Source: Podospora anserina (lineage: Eukaryota). Taken from it: DNA of 64,000 nt. The notes below the pieces were generated by a model. It had not been told where the DNA came from, did not search any database, and saw only the letters and a program-made list of their open reading frames with translations. The position numbers were made by a program, and so were the translations under genes. Positions 24,570 through 36,453 of this stretch are shown one piece after another. The stretch is from positions 1,612,001 through 1,676,000 of the forward strand of contig CM030335.1 of assembly GCA_017654855.1 (NCBI GenBank), written 5' to 3'. How positions within the stretch are numbered: position 1 is the stretch's first letter; each line of letters starts with the position of its first letter.

Positions 24570-25212
24570 GCGACTTGCTCCATGTGCAACCCATTCCCCC
24601 TTTACTCCTTGTGCACCCCCATATAAACCCTGAGGGTTATAGCTGCAGCACTGCCTCTTGCTCATCAGCATTTATTGCAGAGACCTCACACCCACTCGGC
24701 TATCCTGATTCCCGTACAAATCACTGTATAATCAAGATCTTCTAATTGCTAGACTATCAATTAAAGCTATTTTCAGCATGGCTTCCACACATGTAGATGT
24801 TGCTGCTGACAGTAATGCCTGCACTGGGTGCGTATTTGTCAAATGTATAGCTTGCCCGACCATGTTGTCAGGGAGCTCAGCGATGCCAAGAATGGTCCAA
24901 TCAAAGCCAAGGGTCGTGTCGAGTGTGTTGGACTACATCACTCACATCAACCGATACATCCTCACGGCAATGTAAAGGGAGGGTCCTTGTTCCCCGTCTA
25001 TGTGATACTCGAGAACAGGCGTCTAAAAGTTCCATTGTGTGGAAGGCATGGTTGAACACAGTGGTTGTGGCTCTTGGTTACTCTCTGAGCAATCATTAAC
25101 GGCTATTGTTTGTTAAAAACCGCACCTATAATCCTGACCCTTGAGAGGCGTGCACAAAAGGGTAATGGGGGATGCACATTCAGAATCAGGGGGTGCACAT
25201 GAAGCAAGTCCC
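24570..25212. mobile_element. Degenerate non-autonomous TIR DNA transposon (MITE or Mutator-like relic), 643 bp
   Basis: Left end GCGACTTGCTCCATGTGCAACCC...CCCCCTTTACTCCTTGTGCAC matches the reverse complement of the right end GGGACTTGCTTCATGTGCACCCC...CCCCCATTACCCTTTTGTGCAC. Flanks TGTAGGAA and TATATGAA are 6/8 identical, a possible decayed target-site duplication. Confidence 0.7.
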
Positions 25213-25879
25213 TATATGAAGACATTGTTCCGTGGATTGGGTCATTCAAACAATGATGAAAGCCAATCTAGGTTTAGTATCATGGCTATGTGGATGAACG
25301 TGTTGAGTTCTGGAACCCAAACAGTTGATTTGAAGCATGTAGGTGAACTTGTGATATTGTCTGACAAAAGAGAGGTGCTCGGAAGAGTGTACAGTGAGAT
25401 ATTTATACATAAAGAGAACGTGATCTGCCAAAAGCTCAGCATTCAACCTTGACGCAGTGTATCTGTCTAGTCCATGCTGTTTGACTTCTCCATGGAGCCT
25501 TGCATTCCTCCACAGAATGCAAACCTACCTCACAGCCCTTGATGTTACGATTTTCAACGAGATTATCATCGGCTAGGCACCGGCAGCCACAGCTCCGGCC
25601 CGGCACCGGGAGCACCTTCCGGAGTAACGTTTCGGCCCCCGCCTGCCTATTCACATGCCCGGCGGGTCCCGGAGGGGCACAAGGCTCCGACTTTTCACTC
25701 CCACTCCCACTCCCGCCGTTCCCATCCTCTCTCTCTTCTCTTCTCTTCTCTCCCTCATACTGCTTGTCTCGACAATTTGCAACCCATCTCGAGACCAGAT
25801 CATCAGCTCGAGCACCTACGTCCTGTCACCCAATCCTCCTTTTGGTTTCCTTACAATCAAAAAGATCCCAATCATCAAC

Positions 25880-28215
25880 ATGTCTGACAACGGCAAGAAT
25901 CCCGCTGTCACCGGCCCGGTAAGTCGCTTGAAGATCTCGCGATGGATGGATCTGCTGCTAACCCGCCACAGAAGGACTCACTCCCCGACGGTGGTCTCAC
26001 CAATTCCCTCGAGGAGATGTTGACCTACCAGAAGGCCAAACTGGCTTCCATGGCGGGTTCTCCCAAGTTCGACCCCAAGGCCGACACCCCCAAGCGTGAG
26101 AGTGGCTCCGAGTACTCCAAGAGCTCCTCTTTCCACGAGGACAGCAAGGCCGGCAAGGGCAAAAAGGTCGGCAAGCGTAAGGGCGGCAAATGCAAAGGCG
26201 GCAAAAATACCGATCGCCCCAAGTCCCCTCTGACGACCAAGTTGGTCGTCAAGGATGAGTCTGCTGCTGCCGACAAAGAGCAGTCTGTCAAGACTGAGAC
26301 TCCTGCCGGCTCCAAGTACCAGGTCGACGTCAAGGTCGGGACCGACGATCGTGTCGACAGCAAGGCCAGTATCAAGGTTGAAGCTCCTGCTGATATCGAG
26401 CACGAGCACAAGGTTAAGTCTGAGTCTGTCGCTGCTGTCGAGACTGACGAGATTCACATCGATGTTGGCGAGAATGACCTCTCCATCAAGACCGAGATCA
26501 AAGAGGAAAATGCCTCTGGCTCTGGCCACGGCTTCGAGTTCAAGAGCCCGTCCAGTCCCTCCATCAAGGCTGAGATCAAGGAGGAGAGCGCCTCTGGCTC
26601 CGATCGCGGCATCGATTTCAAAAGCCCGCCTAGCCCTCCCAAGACTCCCGTCAAGGCCGAGGATCAAGCTGCTTTGGGCCCTCAGATCAACAAGGAGAGC
26701 TCCGGTTCTGACTATGCCGTCACGACTCAGGAGGAGAGTCCCGTTATCTCTGACGAGGCCAATACCATGAAGCTTGCGAAGTCTTCTTCGGAGAATCTTC
26801 TCCAGAACACCAAGGGAGAGACCGCCGGCTCCAACAATTCTGATGTTCAGCAGGAGTGTGACGACAGCCCCCCTGTCCAGATTCGTCAAAAGGTCCAAAT
26901 CCTGACATACCATCGAGACGCCGACATGTATGTCCGTGTCCGTAACGCCGCGTCTCTCGGTTACGGGTAAGACAACTCCTTGTTTTTGCTTTGGCGGCCA
27001 TGTGTCGGAGAGGTGTTTGATTGCTAACGATGTCAGCTTCAACAGGTATGCCCATGTCCGCAAGGATGCCCTGATTTCTGCTTCGGGCGCCATGAAGGCG
27101 AAATTCGGCAATGCTGCCAATGCCATCATGATGACGGATAAGGACGATAGTCCTTTTGGGTTGAACGTTGTGTTTTCTATCCTTCACCACAAGTACCACG
27201 AACTTGGCATTCGTCCGACTATTCCTGAGCTCTATGGCCTGGTATGTACATGAATATGCCTGGATGATTGATCTTGCTTGTTGGCTGACACTTTGGTAGG
27301 CCCAGGTAGTGGAGAAGTACGATGTGGCCCACGTTATTGTGCCGTTTGCCGAGAAGTGGTTGGTTCATGATTTGAATTTTCATATCATCATGGCCGGGGA
27401 GAATCTCAACAACGAGCGGGTCATGGTGATGACTTGGATCTTTGGTGAGGGCCGCTGGTTCTCCCGCACTCTTCCCAAGGTTGCCCGCGAGGCTACGCTT
27501 CAGGACGGCGTCCTTACGGGCGCCGATGGTCCTTTCGCTGGAAGAATTCCGGACCATTTGATCGGTAAGGACATGACTGAGAAACCTACACGGAATTCTC
27601 TTGATGGCGCATTGACTAACTGACCTGTGATTTTTAGAATGCATGTCCAAGTATCGGCTGTTCTGCCTTCGCAAGTTGCACAAGTGCATCGATGAGCCCC
27701 TGACGGCACTGATCAACGGATCTCGTCAATACTGTCGCGCTGGCGATGCCACCGCCGACATCAAAGAATCCTGCAACCATCAGCACCTCGGAGGAATGAT
27801 CTCTGGGCTGACCATCGCCGGGTTGGTCCCCTTCCCGGAGCCGGAGCGGTACCAAGGAAGCGTTTTGAACCTCATCCAGAAGCTGCAGTCCATCCGCCCT
27901 GTGCGCTACAAGGTTCCGGGTATCTCGCCCCATATTGACACGCACCAGAACTGCGGCATTCGCCATTTGCAGCTTCTCAAGGCAGTTGGGGCTGAGCCCA
28001 TTCGTTTGACCAACGAGTTGTACCAAGACTTCAAGCGCCGTGGTCAGAAGACCGGCGTGTTCTCGGAGGAGCTCTACAATGAGCTCAAGGTTGAAGAGAT
28101 CCATCCGGCCGCGGATAACTTCAAGGATGACCAGGATCACTTTGTTCAGGAGTCTTGGGAGTTGGACTTTGAAGTAGATCAAGGAAGAAAGAGGGGATGG
28201 TGCGTTGTTTGCTGA
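25880..28215 (+). CDS. BTB/POZ-like domain protein with a long low-complexity N-terminus (5 exons)
   Basis: CAAC ATG start. Introns at about 25919..25971, 26967..27045, 27242..27299 and 27564..27638. The segment DADMYVRV...VRKDALISASGAMKAKF...DDSPFGLNVVFSILHHKY...ELYGLAQVVEKYDV...W fits the fungal BTB-like pattern. Confidence 0.85.
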
Positions 28216-29119
28216 TCGGCGCTGGTGGCGGATACCTATGGTTGGGCATCAGGCATCTACGGATGCTTGGGAAGTTTGATGGGATCTTTGGTGTTTTCGT
28301 CTAGGATGATTGTCACTCAGGCATACGTCATCTAGTTTCTGTGAAGGTACCAAAGAACTGTGTTGTAGCTAAATCTGAGGTCCCTACATGTTGAAGGGAT
28401 GTCTTTTTAACCATGCAAACTGTTGTGCGTGTCCTCAAGGTATCCATGAATTGTGAACAAAGCGATGATGCCATCCTGGATGTCAAGCAGGTGCCTGGTT
28501 ACACATACTCGGCAATGTCTCGGGCTGAGGGAGTAGGTTTGACAACTGTGCAAAAGGAGAAGAAAAGAGGGATTTGGACTCTGACCGGGCTGCTGCATAG
28601 GGGGGTGGGGGAAGGGCCTTGATGGGCAGTCAATATTTGATCGGGGCATCTGGGAGCGAGGAGGGCGGCGGCACGGTGAATGGATTGATTGCAATTATGC
28701 TGGCAGCCGAAGGCTAGCTGCTTGCCTCGGCGACATATTCGAGGAATAGGTTGGGGGAGAAAGTAGAGCTGCCAGGCCTCGCTGGCAATGCATACATACC
28801 TTTGTGTCCCTATCTTGTTCTGCTACATGGCCGTCCGGGCCGCCGCTCCCCGGTTTGCACAGCTTTATTCCTTTCCATCTATCTCTTGCATCTGGTCATC
28901 GATCGTGTCGATGGAGCCCAAACGTCCGGATCAGACCCATTTTGCTGCATGGTGGTGTCACTGGTTAAAAAGCGTGCTGGTTTCGTGTCTGTGAGAGGTA
29001 CTGGGCTTTGGAGGTCGCTGTCTGGGTTGCGAAGAGCGACGAGGGGCTTGTTCACCCACTACCCCTGTGGTTGGTGCCCTTCGCATCAGCAAGTGGCAGC
29101 AGCAGCAGCAACAGCAGAG

Positions 29120-30706
29120 ATGAACGGCTACCACCATCACAACGAACATGCCAACCGATACCACCATCGACCGACGGGGGGGTTTGCGTCTCGTGGTGCG
29201 CCTCCACCACTAGGGTTTTCTCCGGCGTCAACTGGGCTGCCACCGCTTCAACCTGCGCCGCGACGACCATCACCACCATCAGCGCATGCGATACCTTCGA
29301 CACCACCACCACCACCGCCGCCGCCGAGCGCTACCCCCCTTACGTCGATACGACACCAGCAGCCGATACACCACCACCACCAACACCACCACCACCAACA
29401 CCACCACCACCAACACCACCACCACCAACACCACCACCAATCGCACCTCATCACCTCAACAACATCACCACCTTTACCCTCCCCCTCCGCCTCCTCCATC
29501 CCATCAGAAACCCGCACCCTCCTCACCTACCCAACCCCAGGCCTCCCCTCCCCCCGAATAATCCGCCCATCCCAACCCCCCGTGCGATACCCCCCCTCAA
29601 CAATAAAATACAACAACTCCGACCCCCACCATCAACGACACATTGTCTCAACCCTCCAAACAACCTCCAACCTCCGAAACCTCTCCTTCTTGTTCCATCC
29701 CCCCGCCCCATCCCGACAACAACAACCGACCGATAGCAACGCCCACCTCCCCGCCCAAATCCAAACCAATCGCTGGCTCTGCTGCCAGTGCGCAGAAGAG
29801 GGCTTCGTCGACCCGGTAGGAACAGTCCACCTCGTGGGTGAAACAGAAGAGATGTACAGCACCTGCCTGTTCCGCCCATCCAGCTGCCACCACAAAAAGT
29901 GCGTAAACTGTGTTTTATACGCTGGCCCAGCCTCCAGCCGAGACCCGGTACGGGGGGTGAAATTTCTTGTTAGGACTGTTGGGGGGTTGTACACCAGTGG
30001 ACGGTTTATCGACCCTGTACGCTGGGAGTGTGGGGTATGCGGGGAGTGGGACAATAACAAGATTGACGGGGGGGTGAGGATGGGAACTGGTTGTCAAGGA
30101 CGGGGATGTAAAGCACAGGGATGGGGGGGTTGGGGAGGAGGGAGGAGGGGGGTTTTCACCCGGGAGAGTATTGTTCTCAATCGGTATGGACAGAGGCTGG
30201 GAACGGCGGATCAGAGGGTTGCCTTTGAGGGGGGGCCGTGGGATTGGCATAGACGGGGGTTGGGGGATGGGAGGTGTGTGTTGAGTAAAGGGGTTAGGGA
30301 GGTGCTGATGAGGAGGGGGGGTGGAGGAGGGGGAAGGGAGAGGAGGGTTTGGGGGGTTGGGGAGCAGGTTCCGGGGTATGAGTATAGGAGGCCGCCGCCG
30401 TTGGATGAGGATGATGAGAAGGAGAATAGTGAGTATGAGGGCGGTTTCCTGGCCGGGTTGCCGGTTGAGGGGGGGGATAAAGGGAAGGGGAAGGAGAGGG
30501 ATGGGGGGATGGAGATGGAGGGGGTGGTTTGTGGTGGGCAGGGTAATGGTATTGATAGCAGACATCATGGTGGAAGTGAAAGGCGAGAACATGGGTTTAT
30601 CAGCCCATCTTCTGCTACGATGACAACGACCAGAAGCCCGGATACGGGACAGGGGCAGGGAGCAAAACCACGCTTCTTTCCGGGGCTGTCAAATATGAGG
30701 ATGTAA
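29120..30706 (+). CDS. Hypothetical protein with a Pro/His-rich N-terminus and tandem Cys-rich (zinc-ribbon-like) motifs
   Basis: Long ORF (open from 28751; most likely ATG 29120). Contains a (HHHHQ)4 run, WLCCQC...C-x6-CHHKKCVNC and WECGVC...CQGRGC. Shows the C-to-G codon skew typical of real genes in this window. Confidence 0.8.
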   Translation: MNGYHHHNEHANRYHHRPTGGFASRGAPPPLGFSPASTGLPPLQPAPRRPSPPSAHAIPSTPPPPPPPPSATPLTSIRHQQPIHHHHQHHHHQHHHHQHHHHQHHHQSHLITSTTSPPLPSPSASSIPSETRTLLTYPTPGLPSPRIIRPSQPPVRYPPSTIKYNNSDPHHQRHIVSTLQTTSNLRNLSFLFHPPAPSRQQQPTDSNAHLPAQIQTNRWLCCQCAEEGFVDPVGTVHLVGETEEMYSTCLFRPSSCHHKKCVNCVLYAGPASSRDPVRGVKFLVRTVGGLYTSGRFIDPVRWECGVCGEWDNNKIDGGVRMGTGCQGRGCKAQGWGGWGGGRRGVFTRESIVLNRYGQRLGTADQRVAFEGGPWDWHRRGLGDGRCVLSKGVREVLMRRGGGGGGRERRVWGVGEQVPGYEYRRPPPLDEDDEKENSEYEGGFLAGLPVEGGDKGKGKERDGGMEMEGVVCGGQGNGIDSRHHGGSERREHGFISPSSATMTTTRSPDTGQGQGAKPRFFPGLSNMRM

Positions 30707-32564
30707 CGATTACATTGGGGGGGACTACTTGGATGTACACTGATTGTAATATGAAAGAGCATTTCACTTCTGGACAGGCCAAATCTGTGCAAGCCAAGGG
30801 TTAGGTCAGTATGAAGTGAGCAAGCCAGGGTTGGCTATGTAAATGTGAGGGACGTGTTAAGATGCCGAAAGTGCTGGCGAGTACTCGGTTCACTGGCAAT
30901 CGCGTGGATGTATGAGTGAATAAAAAGAATGCCTAAAGAGGGCATTGTATGTCTGGTCCAAATTAGTGGTTGTTGGTCAAGTGAGGTCAACTTAAAGATG
31001 GATTGGCCCTTGATAAGAGGTCTCGGTACGGATAAGAATGGCGATCGGACCGGCCTGGTGGCTCGGCTCCTGATGTTAGTGGCCACCTAAGACATGGGGC
31101 CAGCACTGACCACTTGGAGGGGCAAAGAAGCTTGTTCCTTTTTTTGACGCCAAGACAGATCTGATCAAGTACGTCAGCGGAAGAAAGAGGGCGAAGATGC
31201 CCCCGCCATCGGTATCATATTAAACAAGAAAACAATCCTGATGGGACAATATTATACTTTTCATTCCGTCTGAACGTTTGGTCCGTTTGATTGTTTACTG
31301 TCCTGATATCTGTTTGAGCCCTGCGCGGCTGAGTACCGCAACACGGCACACAAAGCTGATGACGGAATATGTGGGCACGGATGGCCGGCCAGTGACTCCA
31401 GTCTCTGGGTTGGGTCGGGTTAATGCAGGGACCCTTCCTCTCTTACTGACCGCCTTCCAGGAATCTGGGAGCCTGGTCGAGTTGCATGGTTACTGGCATA
31501 CTTGTCACGATAACGAGGAAGAAGCTGAGGAGGAAGCGGAATCCCGGGCTTGAGTTTGTGGTGGGTGGGCTGGGCTGGGGTCCGCTGCCGGACCTGGATC
31601 GGCTGTTGGAGCTATCCATGAGATGCCATCTAGATGGCACGATGGTCGAAAGACTTGTCGACTATCTTTCCATACGCCATCATATAAGGCATGCCTAGTG
31701 TAACCGCACGCCGACTTTTAGACGCCTGTGGTTCCCATTGACAACCTGTATATATGCCCATCTGTTGACACCTACGTCCTGTGCCATCGTGCTCAGGCAC
31801 CAATGCTAGGTGGGCTGACGCTAAATATGCTATGCTTCGATCCAAAGCACCAAGGCCTGCACGCAATTGAGGCCTGCATTGGACCAAAGGGGCATATGAT
31901 TCTAGCGTTTACACATACGTACTCCGGGTCGCCTTCTGATGCCGTCAGCTCGGAGATGTCTGAACGGAGAGCTTCATCGTAGGAAAGAAACCTCTTACAG
32001 TGCGCCGGACTGGCTTCATCAAACAACCTCTGGAGCTTGAGGCCAAAAGAGTCCAAGACCCGAGCCGGGGCCAAAAGTGGAGTGCCACCGGACAACCAAC
32101 CAATCAAAACCCCCATTATAATATTTTTTCTCTGGCTGCTGCTCCCACCTCCTGCGACCAGCGACTCTCTCAACGTTGCCCGCATCATCACTGGCAACAG
32201 CAAACCGCTTCGACCACCATCCTCCACGTTCGCTGCCGCTCTCCGCAGCAATCGCATGGTATGCCCCTTTCTCATCCTCTCTACCGCCCCCCCCCCCTCT
32301 CTCTCTCTCTGTGTGTGTGTGTGTGAACCCTCACCTGACATGGCAAACAGAGAGCCAGGCAGCGTGTTGCACCCAACTCAAACCCCAGGTACTATCTTTG
32401 ATGGCTGCCAAGTAATCAGGCCTTCCTGACCTTCGCCGTCGTCCGACTTGAAGCTCCACCACCTACCGCCTACCAACCACGTCCTCGCCAGAATCCTTCG
32501 GCGTTCACCTCCTCCACGGCAGCGACTCACCGTAGCGATCTCAGAATACAACCCGCCGCCCATA

Positions 32565-34947
32565 ATGGCGCCTTCCAATGGCACTGCTGAGAAGCCTTCT
32601 ACCCGGAAAGCTTCTTCCCACGTTGTTCCCGTTGTCCCTGTTCTCCCTCTCAGCTATGTGAAGCGGCTCCCGAATCAGCCAGCCACACCTTCCCCGTCTA
32701 CCCAAAAGGTTGACGAGCCTTCTACCCGACCTGCCAGCCCCGAGAAGAAGAATCCCGGCGATCATGAGGCTACCACACCGTCCGCTGCCACCATTCACGT
32801 CGCTACGTCTACATCATCTACTACCGCATCGAATAGCAATACTCCAGGTACGTGTATCTTTTTCTGATTGACGCTATCGACTGTTATAAGCGAAATGGTT
32901 CCCCTTCCCCAAAAGAATGGTGTCCACGGCCGTCCTCCATTGGCTTGTTGACTTGCAGCGTGTGGGTTTTGGTCTACGGCGTGTCTGCCTCCTACCCCAC
33001 AAGCGAAATCTTGCGACAATGACCTCTTTTACTCCAGTTGCACTATAGAATAGTGAGCTATGCTAACCCAGAGTGCGCACAGATTCTTCCACCATCTGTT
33101 CCGAGCCTACAGAGCAACCGTTTGTATCGGGTGCCCCTCCTCCTTCCAGTCATCACAACCCCGCATTTGAGCAGCCGGCGAGAACACCAGCCCCTGAGCT
33201 TCCTCTCCCCGCCCCACACCCGGCCATTGCGAATCCGCCAGTTTTCCACCATCCTCGCCCCAGTAACGGAAGCTTGGTGTTTGCTCATCACGAGTCTAAC
33301 GCCTCCTCCCCTGTCCCTCATTCGGGTGGCTACGGTTTCCCCCCTCCTGGAATCGTGCCATACCCACCGTCTGCCGCTCTCCCAGTCACCGCTGTTGACG
33401 CCTACGGCCGTCCCTTGTTGGTATCACCGACAGTAGATTCTTATCCGCCGACTGTCATAAAGCATCACGGGCCACCTACTCCCCATAGCTACCACGGCTC
33501 ACAATCTTCCCAAATTGGAGATCACATCTACAACCAGCATTCGACCATGAGCGGCACTCATCCAATCATGAACGGCACTCATCCAACCATGAACGGCACT
33601 CATCCAACCATGAACGGCACTCATCCCACTATGAGCGGCACTCATCCGACCATGAGCGGCGCTGGCCCGGTCAACGGCGGCCAGGGAGGAATTCGTGGTC
33701 CTCAGCCTACCACCAATGGTGTTCAACCCACAATCAACGGCTCTGGACCCTATCATCCTACCGGGGGTATGAGCCCCGAGGCCGCGGCTGCATTAGCACA
33801 CCATATGAACTCGATGTCGCCTTACATTAGGGCTGCGCTGGGCGACAACTCGTACAGTGATTGTACTCTAGACGTGAATGTCCCAGTCAGCCACATCTTC
33901 CAGGATCACCCCGACTGCAGCCGACTGAACACTGCCATTCGAACGCCAGCGCATCGGCTTATGCTTGGTCGCAGTCCAATGCTTGCTGAGAAGATTGGAG
34001 AGGATGGTGTCCAGGCCGGCGGTGTCTTGAAATTAGAGGTTCGTGATGAATGGATTCGGCCGGACGTGTTTTGGCATTGCCTCCGTGCGCTATATGGTTG
34101 GGATATTGCGGCCGGCAACCTACCGAGCCAATTACGCCACTGGAGTGCCAAAGACGAGCTCAAAACCGCCCTTAGCTACTGGGCTGCCGGTCAGATGTTG
34201 CTGTGTCCTCGGATTCGGGCTATCGCTTCGGACTGCGCAAGGAGATTGCTTGGGTGGGAGACGATCAGTATCGCCGCTTGGTTCGTTTCGCACAACATGG
34301 CTCTGGGACCCAGCTTGACCCACGATGTGTTCCTCGACAGCACTCTGAACTGGATAATCTATCATCTTCCCCAGAGCTTTGATGTGGACGAGAACGCGGG
34401 AGACTGTGGGTTTTCTCGGCTCCCTCGTGCCAACCAGTCGGCGTCTTACAGACCAAATCCGCCTAATGCACACGTGTCGTCGCGTGTTGCTGCCAACCCG
34501 AGGCTGTCTAAGATCCGGTTCGGAGATCTGGCAGAAGAAGGATTTGACGTCGATCAGCTCTATCCCGGCAGTCCATTCACACCCGCTCAGGTCAATGGTC
34601 TCTTTTCTAGGATATTGCTGAACCTTCCATTTGACCTGCTCAAGCATGTCCTGGAGCACCCCAATCTCTGCTCCAACGCCGGGCCTCTTCCGCCGGGACC
34701 TCGTTTGCGGATTATTGATGCGGTTCGGGCGGCGCGGGAGAAGCGACGATGGGAGTTATTGGAAAGCACCGACATGCAAGTGCGTGTCTATCAAGAGCGG
34801 ATCGCGTCTCAGCCGGAGCCTGTTCCTGTGGTTAATTTGGCCGACTTTTGGCACAATAGCTTGGGCTTCAAGGAAGAGACTTTTATCGGTGACGTGCCAT
34901 TCCTTATTCGCACCTGGAGTCTTGGTCCTGAAGGTAGCGACGTCTAG
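32565..34947 (+). CDS. Conserved fungal hypothetical protein, Pro-rich N-terminus plus a degenerate BTB-like domain (2 exons)
   Basis: CATA ATG start and intron 32848..33082 in frame. Motifs YSDCTLDV...PAHRLMLGRSPML...VFWHCLRALYG, FSRILLNLPFDLLKHVLEHP and AREKRR. Confidence 0.88.
33547..33660 (+). repeat. Coding minisatellite, 21-nt unit x about 5.4 (M[NS]GTHP[TI])
   Basis: ATGA(A/G)CGGCACTCATCC(N)AC(C/T) repeated in tandem, with one ATC (Ile) variant in the first unit. Confidence 0.95.
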
Positions 34948-36267
34948 TAGTCTGGCGGTGAACAACACCAAGGCGACACCGTTTTACGATATTATGATGG
35001 TGGGCGGGATACGGTCCTCTTTTTCGAGTTTACAAGCAACAAACTCGGCATCATTGGGTGATCCACGTGTTCATATTGACACTTGGGAACTGCATTGCGT
35101 TTGGCGTTATATGGTTTACACAAAATTTGGGCATATGTTTTGCCCGGCTGGTTAGAAGGCAGAAGGTGCAGCTTATGAACGGGTCTTTTGCCTCTCGTCT
35201 TTTGCTCACGGCATCTTGGCACGGCCTTTTCCCTGACTTGGAGGGTCTGGCATCAAGATCTGGGGTTATCGGAATCGGGATTGCTATGCTGGTTCGATAC
35301 TGCCACCAGATGTCCCTGGACGATGTCCAGCGGTTTCGGAGTCTTTCTTTCGATGAAAACATGTAAACAGTAGAAAAGGCCTGAGCTGGAGAGAGGCAGT
35401 CGGTTGTCATCACCTGGCGGTCTCTCTCTCTCTCTCTCTGATCACTTTTAATGTCTTTTGTTTTTTTTTCAGCGTGGCATTATGGAGTCATGGTCGATGG
35501 GTTAGTGGGAGTAGGGGTTCAAGATATTCGCCTTGGAGGAAGATTGGGGGGTGGGTATTCCAGGAATCTGAAAAAGAGTTGGGCTGGTCGGTCGGGGTCA
35601 CGAAACATGAATATGGACAGACTGGGCTGGCGAGCAACACAGTTTGCTTCAGGTAGCTCTTTGACGTAGTTGGGACTTTTTCTGTATTTCATCTTGCAGC
35701 GTAAAAATGGAGTTTGGCGGGACGTGACAACTCGGGAGCATTTGAGTCCGTAAACAAAATCCGGTCCGTCTGTGGTGACATGTGCTTCGGGCAATGACAG
35801 CAAAAAAAGGGGAGGCATTGGATGACGGCATTGAGCCCCAAGATTTTGAAAGTGGGGAATGGGACTCGAGCAGAGTGTGGGGAAGACCCCTGTCTTCTGG
35901 CCCGTGCATTAATGCCAAGTGGGTTTCGTGCATGGGGAACAGGAAGACCTCGGCTTTTTTGGCACGTGTAAAGGAGGAGTTCCCCGTAGCTCGTAGATCT
36001 TGATGGAGACTCTCCATTGTCCCCCCTCTTTCATCATCAACGACAGCTGTGTTGGGCTTTTCAGATTACCGCGATACGTCTGCCAACCGATTGAGAAGTT
36101 GTTTTTATTTGAGTTTTGACTCTTTGCTGGCTGTCTTGTTTATTTGTTGATCAGCCTTTCCGCGCGGAACAAAAGACGCGCCCCGCGCCGCGCGCCGAGT
36201 TAAAATTACAGCTGACACTTGACTGAGGTCTGGTACCTGACGGGCTGGGCTGGTCTGACGTGCATAT

Positions 36268-36298
36268 ACCTACCTACCTACCTACCTACCTACCTACC
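36268..36298. repeat. (TACC)n microsatellite in the promoter/5' region of the gene at 36454
   Basis: About 7 tandem TACC units, read directly. Confidence 0.95.
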
Positions 36299-36453
36299 GC
36301 CCACATATCCATTCATCTTCAGCGTACTGTTTTCCGGATCAACCGAGAACCTACACCCGAACTTGAACGTCTAATTCTCAACATATCACGGCGTTTTTGC
36401 TTTGCAATACTTTTTCATATCGACCCGACAACTGAATTTGCAAGATCGTCACA

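Noticed and set aside
25978-27129. 383-aa minus-strand ORF
   Set aside because: Antisense shadow of the codon-biased BTB-like gene.
31278-31982. Chain of short plus-strand ORFs that could be a gene relic
   Set aside because: No motif I can recognise and no consistent splice signals; would need BLASTX.
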